NCBI GenBank assembly: GCA_038087875.1
Contig: CM075993.1
Location: 11,720,001-11,784,000, forward strand
Length of the DNA stretch: 64,000 bases
Reading direction: 5' to 3'
Origin: Malacoraja senta
Lineage: Eukaryota
The notes under the pieces were generated by a model, which saw only the letters and a list, made by a program, of their open reading frames with translations, did no database searches and was not told the DNA's origin. The position numbers were made by a program, and so were the translations under genes. Shown piece by piece: positions 12,099 through 25,096 of the stretch (its first letter is position 1; each line of letters begins with the position of its first letter).

Positions 12099-12236
12099 TA
12101 AATACATTTGTCCTAGCATGTAGGGAGGGGATGTGAAAGTGGGATAACTGATTGATGGTCGGCACGGACCCAGTGGGCCGAAGGGCCTGTTTCCATGCTG
12201 TATCTCTAAGCTAAACAAATTAATAATAGCATACGG

Positions 12237-12550
12237 TTGGTCACAGTGGCGCAGCGGTAGAGTTGCTGCCTTACAGCGAATGCAGCGTCGGAGACCTGGG
12301 TTCGATCCCAACTACAGGTGCTGTACGGAGTTTGTGCGTTCTCCCCGTGACCTGCGTGGGTTTTCTACGAGATCTTCGGTTTCCTCCCGCAATCTAAAGA
12401 CGTGCAGGTTTGTAGGTTAATTGGCTTGGGAAATGTAAAAATTGGCCCTAGTGGGTGTAGGATAGTGTTAATGTGCTGGGATCATTGGTTGGTGAGGACC
12501 CGGTGGGCCAAAGGGCCTGTTTCCGCGCTGTATCTCTAAACTAAACTAAA
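12237..12550 (+). mobile_element. V-SINE, full length (subfamily with extra GAATGCAGC in the head)
   Basis: A/B boxes, V-domain, (CTAAA)n tail. Confidence 0.88.
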
Positions 12551-13579
12551 CATATTTCTTCCACTAATCTCCAGGTTGGGAGACTCTACACGTGAGCCTC
12601 TGATATTTCCATGTTGGGTCTCTAAACTCTAAACTAAAAGGAACTCTGGTTTGTCTCGAATGCTGGAGTAACTCAGCGGGACAGGGAGCATCTCTGGAGA
12701 GAAGGAATTGGTGACGTTTCGGGTCGAGACCCTTCTTCTGGTTTCTCCAGCACTCACCGAGTTCTCATTAGCCTGTGACTGATTGCCCTAGCCAGCCCTG
12801 TGCTCACCCTCTCTGCCCTCCCTCCACCTCCCCATCAGGGTAACAGACCCAATGCAAATGCCCGGGACAAACCCCCCTGGTCTCCTCGTCACCAGGCACC
12901 TGACCTTAGCCCCAACAACAGACAGGATTGCTGAGAGTTCAATGGGTCAGGCAGCCTCCGTCGAGAGATGTTTTAGCTCCAGCACCTCCCACCAACTAGC
13001 ACCCATCATCTCTTGTAGATATTCTAGAATATTCCTACTGCCTATCAGGAAGCCTTGGAAAATATTCTATAGGATGGAACTGCAGGTGCTGGCTTACACC
13101 GAAGATAGACACAAAGTGCTGGAGTAACTCAGCAGGACAGGCAGCATCGCTGGAGAGAAGGTATGGGTGGCGTTTCGGGACGAGACCTTTATTCTTAGAC
13201 TGTGGCCCCTGGTTCTGGACTCCTCCAACATTGGGAAAATTTTTCCTGCATCTAGCTTGTCCAGTCCTTTTATAATTTTATACGTTTCTATAAGATCTCA
13301 TCCTTCTAAACTCCAGTGAATACAAGCCCAGTCTTTCCAATCTTTCCTCAAATGAATGAATGAATGAATGAATTATACTCTATTATCATGCGTCACAAGT
13401 CACAGTGGTGTTCCTGTGTCATTCTTTGTCTTACATACCAAACACCCGTAGTCACTATCGAACCCGGGTCTCCGGCGCATTGAGGCAGCAACTCTACTGC
13501 TGCGCTGTGCCCTTGGTGATCTGTAATCCCGAGGTTATCGACTCTCCCCACCTCTGTCCTTCATGAGACCCTGTGTGCA

Positions 13580-13962
13580 GAAGGGTGAAGGGGGGACCTC
13601 ATTGAAACCTCATTGAAAGGATTGGTTAGAGTGGATGTGGAGAGGATGTTTTCACTAGAGGGAGAGTATAGGACTAGAGGTCACAGCTTCAGAATTAAAG
13701 GATGTTCTTTTAGGTAGGAGATAAGAATGAATTTCTTTAGTTGGGGGCGGTGAATCTGGAATTCTTTGCCACAGAAGGCTGTGGAGGCCAAGTCAGTGGA
13801 TATATTTAAGGCAGAGATAGATAGATTCTTGATTTGTATGGGTGTCAGAGGTTATGGGGAGAAGGCAGGAGAATGGGGTTAGTCTACTCCGCCATGATTG
13901 AATGACGGAGTAGACTTGATGGGCCGAATGGCCTAATTCTATTGCTATCACTTATGACCTTA
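13580..13962 (+). mobile_element. CR1 LINE 3' end
   Basis: GESIGLEVTASEL-type decayed TRGHS region and 3'UTR ending (CTTATGA)n. Confidence 0.75.
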
Positions 13963-14002
13963 TGATCGCCACTCCGTCAATCTGCCTCACCGGCACTCTC
14001 AC

Positions 14003-14300
14003 TTCTCTCACTTCAGGTAGCCCCGGCATTCCCTCTCTCTATCCCTCCCCCACCCAAGTCGCACCAGCTTCTCATTTTCACCCAACAAACAGCTTACAAT
14101 GGCCTGTTTCCTTTATCATCGTTACCTTTTTGCATATCTTTCATTCATTGTTGTTTATCTCTCCACATCACCGTCTATATCTCTCATTTCCCTTGTCCCT
14201 AACCAGTCTGAAGAAGGGTCCCGACCCAAAACGTCACCCATTCCTTCTCTCCAGAGATGCTGCCTGTCCCGCTGAGTTACTCCAGCACTTTGTGTCTTTC
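14003..14300 (+). mobile_element. Penelope-like 3'UTR plus terminal repeat (hammerhead core with G12 to A change at about 14228)
   Basis: Similar to 2520-2876 and to the reverse complement of 54347-54640. Confidence 0.75.
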
Positions 14301-14595
14301 ACCAACACTTCTCGTCACACTGCGGCTGCTCCTGCCAGTGATGCATTACAGGTTGCGATGTCTGTCTGCTGCAGTCGTTGCATTCTTGTGCAGGTTCCGC
14401 GGTTGTGGTTTCTTGAGAGAACACCATTCCCTCAGCTGCTCTGCTTTGGACATCACAGTTCTGTCTGTTCTCTATCGAAGACAGACACAGAATGCTGGAG
14501 TAACTCAACGGATCAGGCAACATCCCTGGAGAAAAGGGATAGGAATAGGAAAGGAAAGGAAAAGGAATAGGAATAGGAATAGGAAAAGGAATAGA

Positions 14596-15148
14596 CCTGG
14601 AGTATTTTGTGCAATTTTTTATCCCCTAATTTGAGGAAGGACATTCTTGTTATTGAGGGAGTGCAGCGTAGGTTTACAAGGTTAATTCCCGGGATGGCTG
14701 GACTGTCATATGCTGAGAGAATGGAGCAGCTGGGCTTGTGCACTCTGGAGTTTAGAAGGATGAGAGGGCATCTCATTGAAACATATAAGATTGTTAAGGG
14801 CTTGGACACACGAGAGGCAGGAAACATGTTCTCGATGTTGGGGAAGTCCAGAACCAGGGGCCACAGTTTAAGAATAAGGAGTAAGCCATTTAGAACGGAG
14901 ACGAGGAAGCTCTTTTTCTCACAGAGAGTGGTGAGTCTGTGGAATTCTCTGCCTCAGAGGGCGGTGGAGGCAGGTTTGGATGCTTTCAAGGGAGAGCTAG
15001 ATAGGGCTCTTAAAAATAGTGGAGTCAGGGGATATGGGGAGAAGGCAGGAACGGGGTACTGATTGCGGATGATCAGCCATGATCACATTGAATGGCGGTG
15101 CTGGCTCGAAGGGCGGAATGGCCCACTCCTGCACCTATTGTTTATTGT
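14596..15148 (+). mobile_element. CR1 (HER1-like) LINE 3' end, young
   Basis: Open frame SPNLRKDILVIEGVQRRFTRLIPGMAGLSYAER...GYGEKAGTGY*. Confidence 0.92.
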
Positions 15149-15401
15149 GACATTTTGGATTGAGAGCATGTATATTGATTACAGTATATTGATATATATT
15201 GAGAGAGAAGGGCAGTAGATATGATCTATGTGGACTCTAGTGTAAGACCTTTGACTGGGCCCCATATCGGAGACTGGTGAAGAAGGTTTAGGACCAGGGC
15301 AAGTTGGTAAATTGGGTCCAAATTTGGTTTAGGTGCCCTGGAGACAGAGGATGATGATGGAGGGGTGTTGTTGCGATTGGATGCCTATGGCGGGTGTTTA
15401 A

Positions 15402-15689
15402 TTTAGTTTAGAGATTCAGCACGGAAACAGGCCCTTCGGCCCACCGAGTCGGCACCGACCAGCGATCCCCGCACACTAACACTATGCGACACACACGAGG
15501 GACAATTTACACTTATACCTACAAACGTGTACCTGGAGTGTGGGAGGTAACCTGGAGATCTCAGAGAAAACCCACGCAGGTCATGGGGAGAACGTACAAA
15601 CACCATACAGACAGCACCCGTAGTTGGGATAGATTCCGGGTCAGTGGTGCTGTAGGGCAGCAACTCTACCGATGCGCCACCGTGTCGCC
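15402..15689 (-). mobile_element. V-SINE inserted in a decayed CR1 RT fragment (about 15200-15950)
   Basis: SINE head and tail visible; flanks show VD.IYVD.SKTFD and VPQGLVVGPL-like remnants. Confidence 0.8.
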
Positions 15690-16098
15690 CATGAGTGTTG
15701 TTCCACAAGGATTAGTGGTGGGTCCCTTGTCACAGGCATGAATGACTTGGACGTGGATGAAGGATGAATGATCAGCAAGTACACAGGTGACATGAAGATC
15801 GGTGGAATGGTGCCGTATGTCCAATTAGTCCAATTAGCAGTGTGGCTGCCCACAACGTATGTCCAATTAGGAGAGAGGTTGCGAGATATTGGTTTGGGTG
15901 AAATGGGCTGAGAGATGGCAGACAAATGTGATGTGATGATTGCCTTTCCAGAGAGTGAATCCAAGCCAAATAACTGGTCCCTGTGGAGCCCCTAGCTGTA
16001 TCCTCAGCACCAGCGTAGATCAGCTGGCAGAGGATGGACACAAGGTGGATACAGCGTGCTGGAGTAACTCAGCACGGCTCTGGGGAGAAAGGATGGGT

Positions 16099-16126
16099 GA
16101 CGTTTCAGGTCAGGACCCTTCTTCAG
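16099..16126 (-). ncRNA. Minimal hammerhead ribozyme core (PLE type)
   Basis: Minus strand CTGAAGA A GGGTC CT GACCT GAAAC GTC. Confidence 0.6.
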
Positions 16127-16254
16127 ACTGACAGTAGGTGAGGGGGAGTGGGGAGGTGTTTATTGAAGAGCTGGAGGTGAGAAAAGATCGGGACCACACT
16201 AGGCCGGCCACAAGAGGTATTCACAGATATCTTTCACCTCTCACTGCTCCATTG

Positions 16255-16520
16255 TGAGGGTCCCACCTGCTTCATTAAGACCACTATCATCCCAGTGCCA
16301 CAGAGAAGTAAGCCAGCATCTCTGAATGACGAGTGGCTCTGACGTCCACCATCAAGACGTGCGTTCAGCAGCTGGTGATGGTCCACATTTACTCCAGCCT
16401 CCCAGCCTGCTGTCACCCACTGCAGGTTGCCGACCACCGCAACAGGTCCACAGCAGGCACCATCTTCCTGGCCCTAAACGCATTCCTGAAACACCTACTC
16501 CATAAAGACTCCTTCATCAG
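16255..16520 (+). mobile_element. Rex1/Babar RT-region fragment (degenerate)
   Basis: PTCF..TTIIPVP...KPASLND..VALTS...C......HI...LP....PLQ.A...NRST. Confidence 0.65.
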
Positions 16521-17129
16521 AGTACAGACAGCACCCATACTCGGGATTGAGCCGGTGTCTCTAGCGCTGCAAGCACGGTAAGGCAGCAACTCTACCGGTG
16601 ATCAACTGCTGCCACCATGTTTACAAACCTGCCACAATAAAGAATTCCAACGTTCCATTTGTTTTTTTGCTTTGTTCCTTCTCTCACCCCACACTGTCAA
16701 GTCATCTCCTGCCTTTCCCCTTTCCCTGCATCTTAAGGTCATTGAGCTGAAACTCTGTTTCTCTCTCTACAGTTGCTGCCTGACCAGCTGAGTGCTTCCA
16801 GCATCTGGAGTTTGATTTGGCGATTATAAGATTATCTTCATAACCGGAAGTCTACAATTCTTTTTGCTTCTTCACAGTTCCATTTCTACCTTCTACACTC
16901 TCAGTGTTGGAGATAAGGAGCCTTGTCCTTAACCAGTAGAGAGGTCGTGATCTCCAGATCCCTGCTTGATCCGTCACGGCTCGGTGATTTATCATCCACG
17001 ACTTCTCGCTGCCTCTTCATTGTCCAAGTGTGGCAGAGCTCCCTGTTCTGTGACTGCTCACCTCAGCCATTAATCTCAGAGTGGAACCCCGTCAAATACT
17101 GTATTCTTCCTGTCACCAGCAATCACAAT

Positions 17130-17443
17130 ACACGGTGGCGCAGCGGTAGAGTTGCTGCCTTACAGCGGATGCAGCGCCGGGGACCCGGGTTCGATCCCGA
17201 CCACGGGTGCTGTCGGTACGGAGTTTGTACGTTCTCCCTGTGACCGCGTGGGGGTTCCCCCGAGATCTTCAGCTTCCTCCCACACTCCAAAGCCGTACAG
17301 GTTTGTAAGGTAATTGGCCTGGTGTAAGTGTAAATTGTCCCTAGTGTGTGTAGGATGGTGATAATGTGCGGGGATCGCTGGTCGGTGCGGGCTCAGTGGA
17401 CCCAAGGGCCTGTTTCCGCGCTGTATCTCTAAACTAATCTAAA
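17130..17443 (+). mobile_element. V-SINE, full length
   Basis: A/B boxes, V-domain and tail. Confidence 0.88.
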
Positions 17444-18555
17444 TACCTTCCCCACATGGAGAGTTAACTCAACACCATGTTAACTCAAGACTGAACGCTA
17501 CACACTCACAACCTGATGTGATCTCAGCCAGTTATGAAGGGTTCCGTAATTTCAGCATTGTTGTGGATCAATCTATAGTGCATTTAGTTTAGTTGGGAGA
17601 TACAGCATGGAAACAGGCCCACCGAGTCCACACCGAACACCGATCACCCATTCACACTAGTTCTCCCTAGTTTCCACTAGTGGGAGAGTCTAGGAAATCT
17701 ACAGAAGCCAATTAACCAACTAAGTCTTTGGTATTGTGGAAGAAAAACTTAATATCCTTGTTTATTTTGATTGGAATTGAACAAGGTAACGAAAGGGTGT
17801 TTTGGATGTGATAATTAGCAGCTCTCGCTAAGTCGGCAAAGTAAGATTGGACGTATTACCTCCAGTCTGGGAATGTGATGAATTGTGAATATAAATATGA
17901 AATGGGAGGAGATAACAAAGCTTGTTTACATTTCTGAGAAGTTACAGTGGATCACCTGCTCCCCCTACCACTAGTAGCGTTGATACATTGCAGTAAATGG
18001 GAGGCTAATGATTGGCTCGAAATGGGGATGGTGATGAGGGCCGCTTGAAAGATGAGATCGAATAATGTCAAGATGCCCTTGTTTGACGTATTAACCATCT
18101 GTTGTTGAATAAGATTAACATAAGAGAAAAGTACGCTATGACTAATTAAATAATTGGTACCCATGTCGTTGATAGTATATTTTCATATAGCTGTATCTAA
18201 CAAAAGTTATTTACTGCACAGTATAACTGTCGGCTAATTCTGCTGTAGACTCAGAGAACCGGTGAGCAGTTTACCGCAGCCATCTCTCCATGATATGATG
18301 CAATAAAGTCTCTTGAAGCAAACCTGTAACTTTTCGTTTTTCCTTTTATTTCCCTCTAAATTGATTTCTTCCACAGGTATGTAGGAGGAAACCAGAGCAC
18401 CTGGAGGAAACACGTGCAGCCACGGGGAAAACGTGCAAACTCCACATCCGAGGTCAGGATCGAACCCGGGACTCTGCCGCTGTGAGGCAGCTGTCCTTTA
18501 GTTCAAGTAAAGAGGTCAGATTTTTAGGTTTCCATGAATGGTGAAAGTGACTGTC

Positions 18556-18832
18556 TAGTTTAGTTGAGTTTAGAGATACAGCACGGAAACAGGCCGCACA
18601 TTATCCTACACCCACTAGGGACAATATTTACATTTACCAAGCCAATTAACCTACAATCCTGTACGTCTTTGGAATGTGGGAGGAAACCGAAGATCTCGGA
18701 GGAAACCCACGCGGGTCACGGAAAGAACGTGCAAACTCCGGACAGACAGCACCCGCAGTCAGGATTGAACCCGGGTCTCCAGCGCTGCATTCGCTGTAAG
18801 GCAGCAACTCTACCGCTGTGCCACCATGTGCC
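18556..18832 (-). mobile_element. V-SINE
   Basis: Head GGCACATGGTGGCACAGCGGTAGAG on the minus strand. Confidence 0.85.
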
Positions 18833-19054
18833 CAGCGTGAAGCTACTGCTGTTGTTACCTTCACTCATTGTACCGGTGGCATCAGCCATGTTACTGCGGT
18901 CTGCGGCCCTGACCACACCAGGCCTCACCTCTTACTTCAAGTGTTTGTCATTGAGACAGACAGTGTGGAAACAGGCCCTACAGACCAACTTGCCCACACC
19001 AAACAAGATGCTCCATCTACACTAGTCCCTCCTGCCTGTGTTTGGCCCATATCC

Positions 19055-19254
19055 NNNNNNNNNNNNNNNNNNNNNNNNNNNNNNNNNNNNNNNNNNNNNN
19101 NNNNNNNNNNNNNNNNNNNNNNNNNNNNNNNNNNNNNNNNNNNNNNNNNNNNNNNNNNNNNNNNNNNNNNNNNNNNNNNNNNNNNNNNNNNNNNNNNNNN
19201 NNNNNNNNNNNNNNNNNNNNNNNNNNNNNNNNNNNNNNNNNNNNNNNNNNNNNN
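19055..19254. other. Assembly gap (200 N)
   Basis: Run of exactly 200 N, i.e. a placeholder scaffolding gap. Confidence 0.99.
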
Positions 19255-19502
19255 CTACGGGACTCAAGACCCGTCCATCAACGGAGGGCTGGAGGCCCCG
19301 GCCAAGGAAGAACAATAAGGGTTTGAACTTTATTTTCACCTTCCATCACAGTGAAGAATGTGTAGGAGTCCACTGTGATGGATGTTTATGTTAAAATGTG
19401 TTTTCTGAGTCTGTTGCTTTTTAAAATTGTATGACTGACCTGGCCAGTGAATTTCACTACCACCGATTGGTGTTTGTGACAATAAATGACCTTATGAACC
19501 TT

Positions 19503-20640
19503 AACTCTCTCTTGAAAGCATCCAGAGAATTGGCCTCCACTGCCTTCTGAGGCAGAGAATTTCACAGAGTCACAACTCTCTGTGTGAAAAAGTGTTTCCT
19601 CGTCCCTGTTCTAAAATGGCCTACCCCTAATTCTTAAACTGTGGCCCTGGTTCTGGATTCCCCCAACATCGGGAACATGTTTCCTGCGTCTAGCGTATCC
19701 AAACCCTTAATAATTTTGTATGTTTCAATAAGATCCCCTCTCAACCTTCTGAATTCTAGAGTATAGAAACCGAGCCGCTCCATTCTCTCAGCATATGATA
19801 GTCAATAGACAATAGGTGCAGGAGTAGCCATTCGGCCCTTCGAGCCAGCACCGCCATTCAATGCGATCATGGCTGATCATCCCAATCAGTATCCCGTTCC
19901 TGCCTTCTCCCCATATCCCCTGACTCCGCTATATTTAAGAGCCCTATCTAGCTCTTTCTTGATAGCATCCAGAGAACCTGCCTCCACCGCCCTCTGAGGC
20001 AGAGAATTCCACAGACTCACCACTCTCTGTGAGAAAAAGTGTTTCCTTGTCTCCGTTCTAAATGGCTTACTCCCTTATTCTTAAACTGTGGACCCTGGTT
20101 TCTGGACTCCCCCAACATCGGGAACATGTTTCATGCCTCTAGTGTGTCCAAACCTTAACAATCTTAAATGTTTCAATGAGATACCCTCTCATCCTTCTAA
20201 ACCTCCAGTGTACAAGCCCAGCTGCTCCATTCTCTCAGCATATCCTGCCATCCTGGGAATTAACCTTGTGAACCTACGCCTGCACTCCCTCAATAGCAAG
20301 AATGCCCTTCCTCATATTTGTTGATCAAAACTGCCACACAAAACTCCAGGTGTGTCTCACTGGGGCCCTGTACAACTGCAGAAGGACCTTTTGCTCCTAT
20401 ACTCAACTCCTCTTGTTATGAAGGCCAACATGCCATTAGCTTTCTTCACTGCCTGCTGTACCTGCATGCTTACTTTCAGTGAGTGATGAACAAGGACCCC
20501 CAGATCTCTTTGTACTCCCCCCTTTCCCAACTTGACACCATTCAGATAATAATCTGCCTTCATGTTCTTGCCACCAAAGTGGATAACCTCACATTTATCC
20601 AACATTAAACTGCATTTGCCATGCATCTGCCCACTCCCCC
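19503..20640 (-). mobile_element. Two adjacent CR1 3' fragments
   Basis: DKCEVIHFGGKN...QRDLGVLVHHSLKVSMQVQQAVKKANGMLAFITRGVEY plus TRGHSLRI termini; many 1-nt indels. Confidence 0.88.
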
Positions 20641-22914
20641 AACCTGTGTAGGATTACAGGTAAAATTGTAAATTGTCCCTAGTGTGTGTAGCATAGTGTT
20701 AGTGTGTGGAGTTCGCTGGTCGGCGTGGACTCAGTGGGCCGAAGGGCCTGTTTTCCATGCTGTAGCTCTCAACTAAACTAAACACTGTTCCTACCACTCC
20801 CTCTGGCAGTGGCAGTCCAGGTACTCGCCACTCTTTGAATCTCCTCGAAATCTCTTACCCCATATTCTTAATCTACGCCCACTACATTTACTCATCTCTG
20901 ATCATGGGAAAAATCACCTGTAGTTGAACCTTTCTAATTCTATACACCTCCAGGGTGAATAGACCCAGCAAATGGAAATATTTAAAGACACTGAAATATG
21001 TGTCTTCAGCTGTTTTTAGTGTTGCCTCCAGCTGGATGGAGATGGGGACGGAGACTGACGACTAATCCCATTTCCCTGCTCTCTCCCTACAATCCAGTAG
21101 CAATCCCAAACTAATCTTGATCAGTTGGGCAAGTGGGCTAAGGAATGGTTATAGTCTTAGAGTGATACAGTGTGGAAACAGGCCATTCGACCCAACTAAC
21201 CCCATGCCGACCAACATGCCCCATCTACACTAGTCCCCACCTGCCAGCATTTGGCCCATATCCCTCTAAACTGTCATATCCATGTACCTGTCTAAATGTT
21301 TCTTAAACTTTGTGATAGTCCCTGCCTCAACTACCTCCTCCAGCAGCGTGTTCTATGCACCCACCACCCTCTGTGTAAAATAGTTACCCCCCTAAGGCTC
21401 CTTTTAAATCTTCCCCCCCCTCACCATAAACCTATGTCCTTAGGTTCTCAACTCGCGAGGCAGGTACTATAACAAGATTTAAGAGGCATTTGAACAGCTA
21501 ATGGACAGGAAAGGTCAGAGGTATGTGGGCCAAACACATGTAGATGGGGCATCTTGGTTGGCATGAGGAAGTTGGGCCGAGTGGCCTGTATCCATGCTGT
21601 ACGACTCTAATCCCATTGCACCACTCTGCCTCAAAGACCTCTTCAGCTCCAACAATCCAAATGCAGGATCTTTCCTATATTCCTGCATCATTCCCTTCCC
21701 AGACGTGTATCAATCTCCACTAAAGACAGACACAAAAAGCTGGAGTAACTCCAGTCTACGCTAACTCCACAGCCAATTAGACAGGGCAAACTGATTATTC
21801 TCAATGATATTCTCAATCCTAAATTAATCCCGTGCATCACTCCTCTTCAAAGCTCCTGGCAATCTAAAGGCAATGTTGGTGGACCCCACCATCAATGTAT
21901 GGGGGCTCACCAGAGACTAGAAACCTTGCTGGCCTAACAGGTCAAGTGGCAATCCCAAAGTAGCCCCATTGCCCTGCTCCTTGCACACATGGGTTTATCC
22001 ATCAGCTCCATCCGCCACCACGGCCGAAGATAAGGGTGAAGCATTCACATCCTTCTTCAGACGGAGATGCTGAGTCGATGAGCCGTCCTCCTGAGATCTT
22101 CACCGCACTGAAGCCAGTCTGCAGTCAACTGAGATCACTCCCTTAAGCCACCGGCAAATTGTGTCTATAAGTCCAGGTAACATCTCAGATCTATCGCAAC
22201 GTTTAAGAAACATTTGGACAGGTACATAAAGGGTGGTGGCTGTATGGAACAAGCTGCCGGAGGAGGTAGTTGAGGCAGGGTATTATAGCAATGTTTAAGA
22301 AACATTTGGACAGCTACATGGATAGCAGAGGGTTGGAGGGATATGGGCCAAACGCGGGCAGGTGGGACTAGTGTAGCTGGGACATGTTGGCCGGTGTAGG
22401 CAAGTTGGCCAACGGGCCTGTTTCCATTTACTCTGTAGAACAAGCTGCACTCTGGCCAGGCTTTTCCCTACAGTTACAATCTGACGATCTGGGAATTGCC
22501 CAGGTACGTCCTGCTCATCAAGTGCGACTGTCCACTTTATGCAGCAACGTCTTACATGATTGTTTTTCATTGGTTGGCAGCAACAATACCAGTGTTCAAC
22601 ATCACCCAGCTCAACTCGATAGGTAGTCAGTCTGGAGAAGGGTCACGACCCGAAACGTCACCCATTCCTTCTCTCCAGAGATGCTGCCCGTCCCGCTGAG
22701 TTACTCCAGCTTTTCGTCTCTGTCCTGGTTGAAACCAGCATCTGCTGTTCCTTCCTACTCAACATGATAGGTCTTCCATTAACAATCTGAAATAGTCGTT
22801 GCTTCCAGCAATAATCACTCTTCCTCCACTGTCCGGTCTTCGGGGCCGAGCTTTGTGGCTTCCCAGCTCCCCCCTCCCCTGCCCTGCAGGCAGCAGCCCG
22901 ATGGGTCCTTCTTC

Positions 22915-23140
22915 GTGGGGTTGGGGGATTGTGGAGAGGGTGGGGGAGGGAGTGGGGGCGAGGGAGAGGGAGGGGGTTTGGAGAGGGTGGGGGAGGGACG
23001 AGGTTGGGAGAGGGAGGGGGGGGAGAGGGTGGGGAGAAGCTGGGGGAGAGGGAGGGGGGGAGAGGGTAGGGGAGGGGCCGATGGAGGGATTGGGGAGAGG
23101 GTGTGGGGGGTGGTTGGGGAGAGGGGGTGGGTGTGGGGGG
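22915..23140 (+). repeat. G-rich low-complexity tract (many GGG/GGGG runs)
   Basis: Read directly. Confidence 0.9.
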
Positions 23141-23507
23141 CTGGCAGCTTCCCCCTACAGGCCACGGCCAGCCACTGGGTCTCCTGGGCAGGTCCCTGCT
23201 TGCACAGGTACCTTGTGCAAATACCAGGAACCTGCGCAGTGCCTCCATGTCACACACGCCCGGATTGGTCCTTCCTCATCTGAGTCTGAGCTCTGGGACA
23301 CCTCCCCTGGGGCCCATCTTCCCCAGGGCTGCTGCTGTCCAAGGCAGTGCACCACCACCTTCTCATGGGCAATAAAGGCCCACCTTGCCAGTGTGGCTGA
23401 GATCCCAACAAAATAAATCAAGTTTAAAAAAATGGTCCTGTCTTTCCACAATCGGCATCATTGCTAAACCAACTGGACCTGCCAACCCGCTTGCTCTAGA
23501 CTAAATG

Positions 23508-23687
23508 TTCAAGAAGGAACTGCAGATGCTGGAAAATCAAAGGTAGACAAAAATGCTGGAGAAACTCAGCGGGTGCAGCAGCATCTATGGAGCGAAGGAA
23601 ATAGGCAACGTTCGGGCCGAAACCTATTTCCTTCGCTCCATAGATGCTGCCGCACCCGCTGAGTTTCTCCAGCATTTTTGTCTACCT
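23508..23687. mobile_element. Fold-back Penelope terminal-repeat insertion (second subfamily: CAGCATCTATGGAGCGAAGGAAATAGG)
   Basis: Near-perfect inverted arms; GCTCTAGACTAA occurs on both flanks. Confidence 0.75.
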
Positions 23688-23900
23688 CTGCTCTAGACTA
23701 ACCCCACCAGCAAGCTTCCGCCCAGATCCCAAACTAATTCCAAATTAGTTGGAAATTCAGATCTGAAATTGGAAATGTAGGTTAATTGCTTGGTGTAAAT
23801 GTAAATTGTCCCTAGTGTGTTTAGGATCGTGTTAATGTGCGGTGATGTGTTGTGTTGTTGCTCATGGGTTCCAATCACTGGAGTAGTTCCTTTTTTTTTT

Positions 23901-24162
23901 GTTTCGAGATACAGCGCAGAAACAGGCCCTTCGGCCCACCGAGTTCGCGCCGAACTAGAGATCCCCGCACGCTAACACACACCAGGGACAATTTTACCAA
24001 GCCAATTAGCCTACAAACCTGTACGTCGTGGGAGGAAAGCGGAGCACACGGAGGTCACAGGGAGAACGTGGAAACTCCATACAGACTGCACCCATAGTCA
24101 GGATTGAACCCGGGTCTCTGGCGCTGTGAGGCAGCAGCTCTACCGCTGCTCCACCGTGCCGC
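23901..24162 (-). mobile_element. V-SINE
   Basis: Head and tail recognisable on the minus strand. Confidence 0.8.
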
Positions 24163-24457
24163 GGTTAGAGATAGACGTGGCCGATTGGTAGTTCAGCAAG
24201 GCTACTCAATGGAGTAATTAAGTCGAGCAAGAGAAATGGGAATATATAGTGCTTCACACTGCAGACATAAGATGACAAGTCGACCAAATCTGTAATTGAG
24301 ACAACCATATGAAGTGTCAAAAATCCAAGTGTTAAAAGTGTTTAAAAATTGAATATATTTCAAAGACATTGCAGGGATTCTCAGTAGCAATGGTAATGCA
24401 GTGCAAGTTTGACAGATATTGTTCATCCTATTTTGATTAGAGCATGATTGGAATGGT

Positions 24458-24554
24458 TTTAATTTTTTAACTGGAAGCCCAGCATGTGTATGGCTAGTTT
24501 TTGTGCTAGTTTGAGTTAAAGAATAAGGACAGAATCCAGGAAACCAGGTTTAAT
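24458..24554 (-). terminator. Candidate ATTAAA polyadenylation signals of the long VPS13C isoform (24554-24549, 24463-24458)
   Basis: tttaat hexamers in AT-rich, repeat-free sequence 290-380 nt past the stop codon; no canonical AATAAA noticed nearby. Confidence 0.3.
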
Positions 24555-24839
24555 TTGTTTGCAACATATTATTCAATTTCTTTTCCAACAGGTATACAGA
24601 ATAATTTTGTTAGTGCAAAATGAGCATAACATTATTACCTCAGGTGAACAATTTGAGATACACAATACACATTGATTTTGATACTAACCCGTATTTCTGG
24701 GTATGGAATAGGCAGCACTCATACTTTTGAGACATTGCATTTCATTCGAGTAAGAAAATATAATTGCAGTGCAAATAAGAATATCATAGAGAAGTACAGG
24801 GTGTTGGTTTGGTGCAAGGCGGAGGCAGTGTGGAAGGGG

Positions 24840-24929
24840 TCAGGGTTTGGAGAACCGCAGGGATTTCTGCTTCACCAGCCTCTGCTGCCGGCTTGCAGTC
24901 CGAGCTTCCTCTAAGGCATCCAGCATCCT
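24840..24929 (-). CDS. VPS13C: VPS13C last coding exon (RMLDALEEARTASRQQRLVKQKSLRFSKP*)
   Basis: ctctctttcag|AGG ATG...AAA CCC TGA; resembles the recalled human C-terminus RACNAIEDAQSTRQQQKLMKQSSVRLLRP. Confidence 0.88.
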   Translation of the reverse strand, partial: RMLDALEEARTASRQQRLVKQKSLRFSKP

Positions 24930-25096
24930 CTGAAAGAGAGCACACACATAATCACATTGCAGACTGGCCTGGACAGGCGAACCGCAGAAGCACAAGCATC
25001 AACTTCATAAAACTCACCGATTCACTCCAAGGTGACTGAAGCTTAATGGTAATAAACCACATCATATGAATGCTGGAGAACTCAGCGGGTGAACCA

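Noticed and set aside
12237..12320. tRNA genes at SINE heads
   Set aside because: A/B boxes run straight into the V-domain and LINE-like tail without a complete cloverleaf; these are SINEs.
17062..17109. Possible minus-strand exon (AG...GAG|gtgagc)
   Set aside because: Stop codons in all three frames and a weak acceptor.
18818..19394. ORFs spanning the N run
   Set aside because: Artefacts of the assembly gap.
22658..23416. Pro- and Gly-rich ORFs of about 200 aa
   Set aside because: Products of the G-rich low-complexity tract plus a PLE arm.
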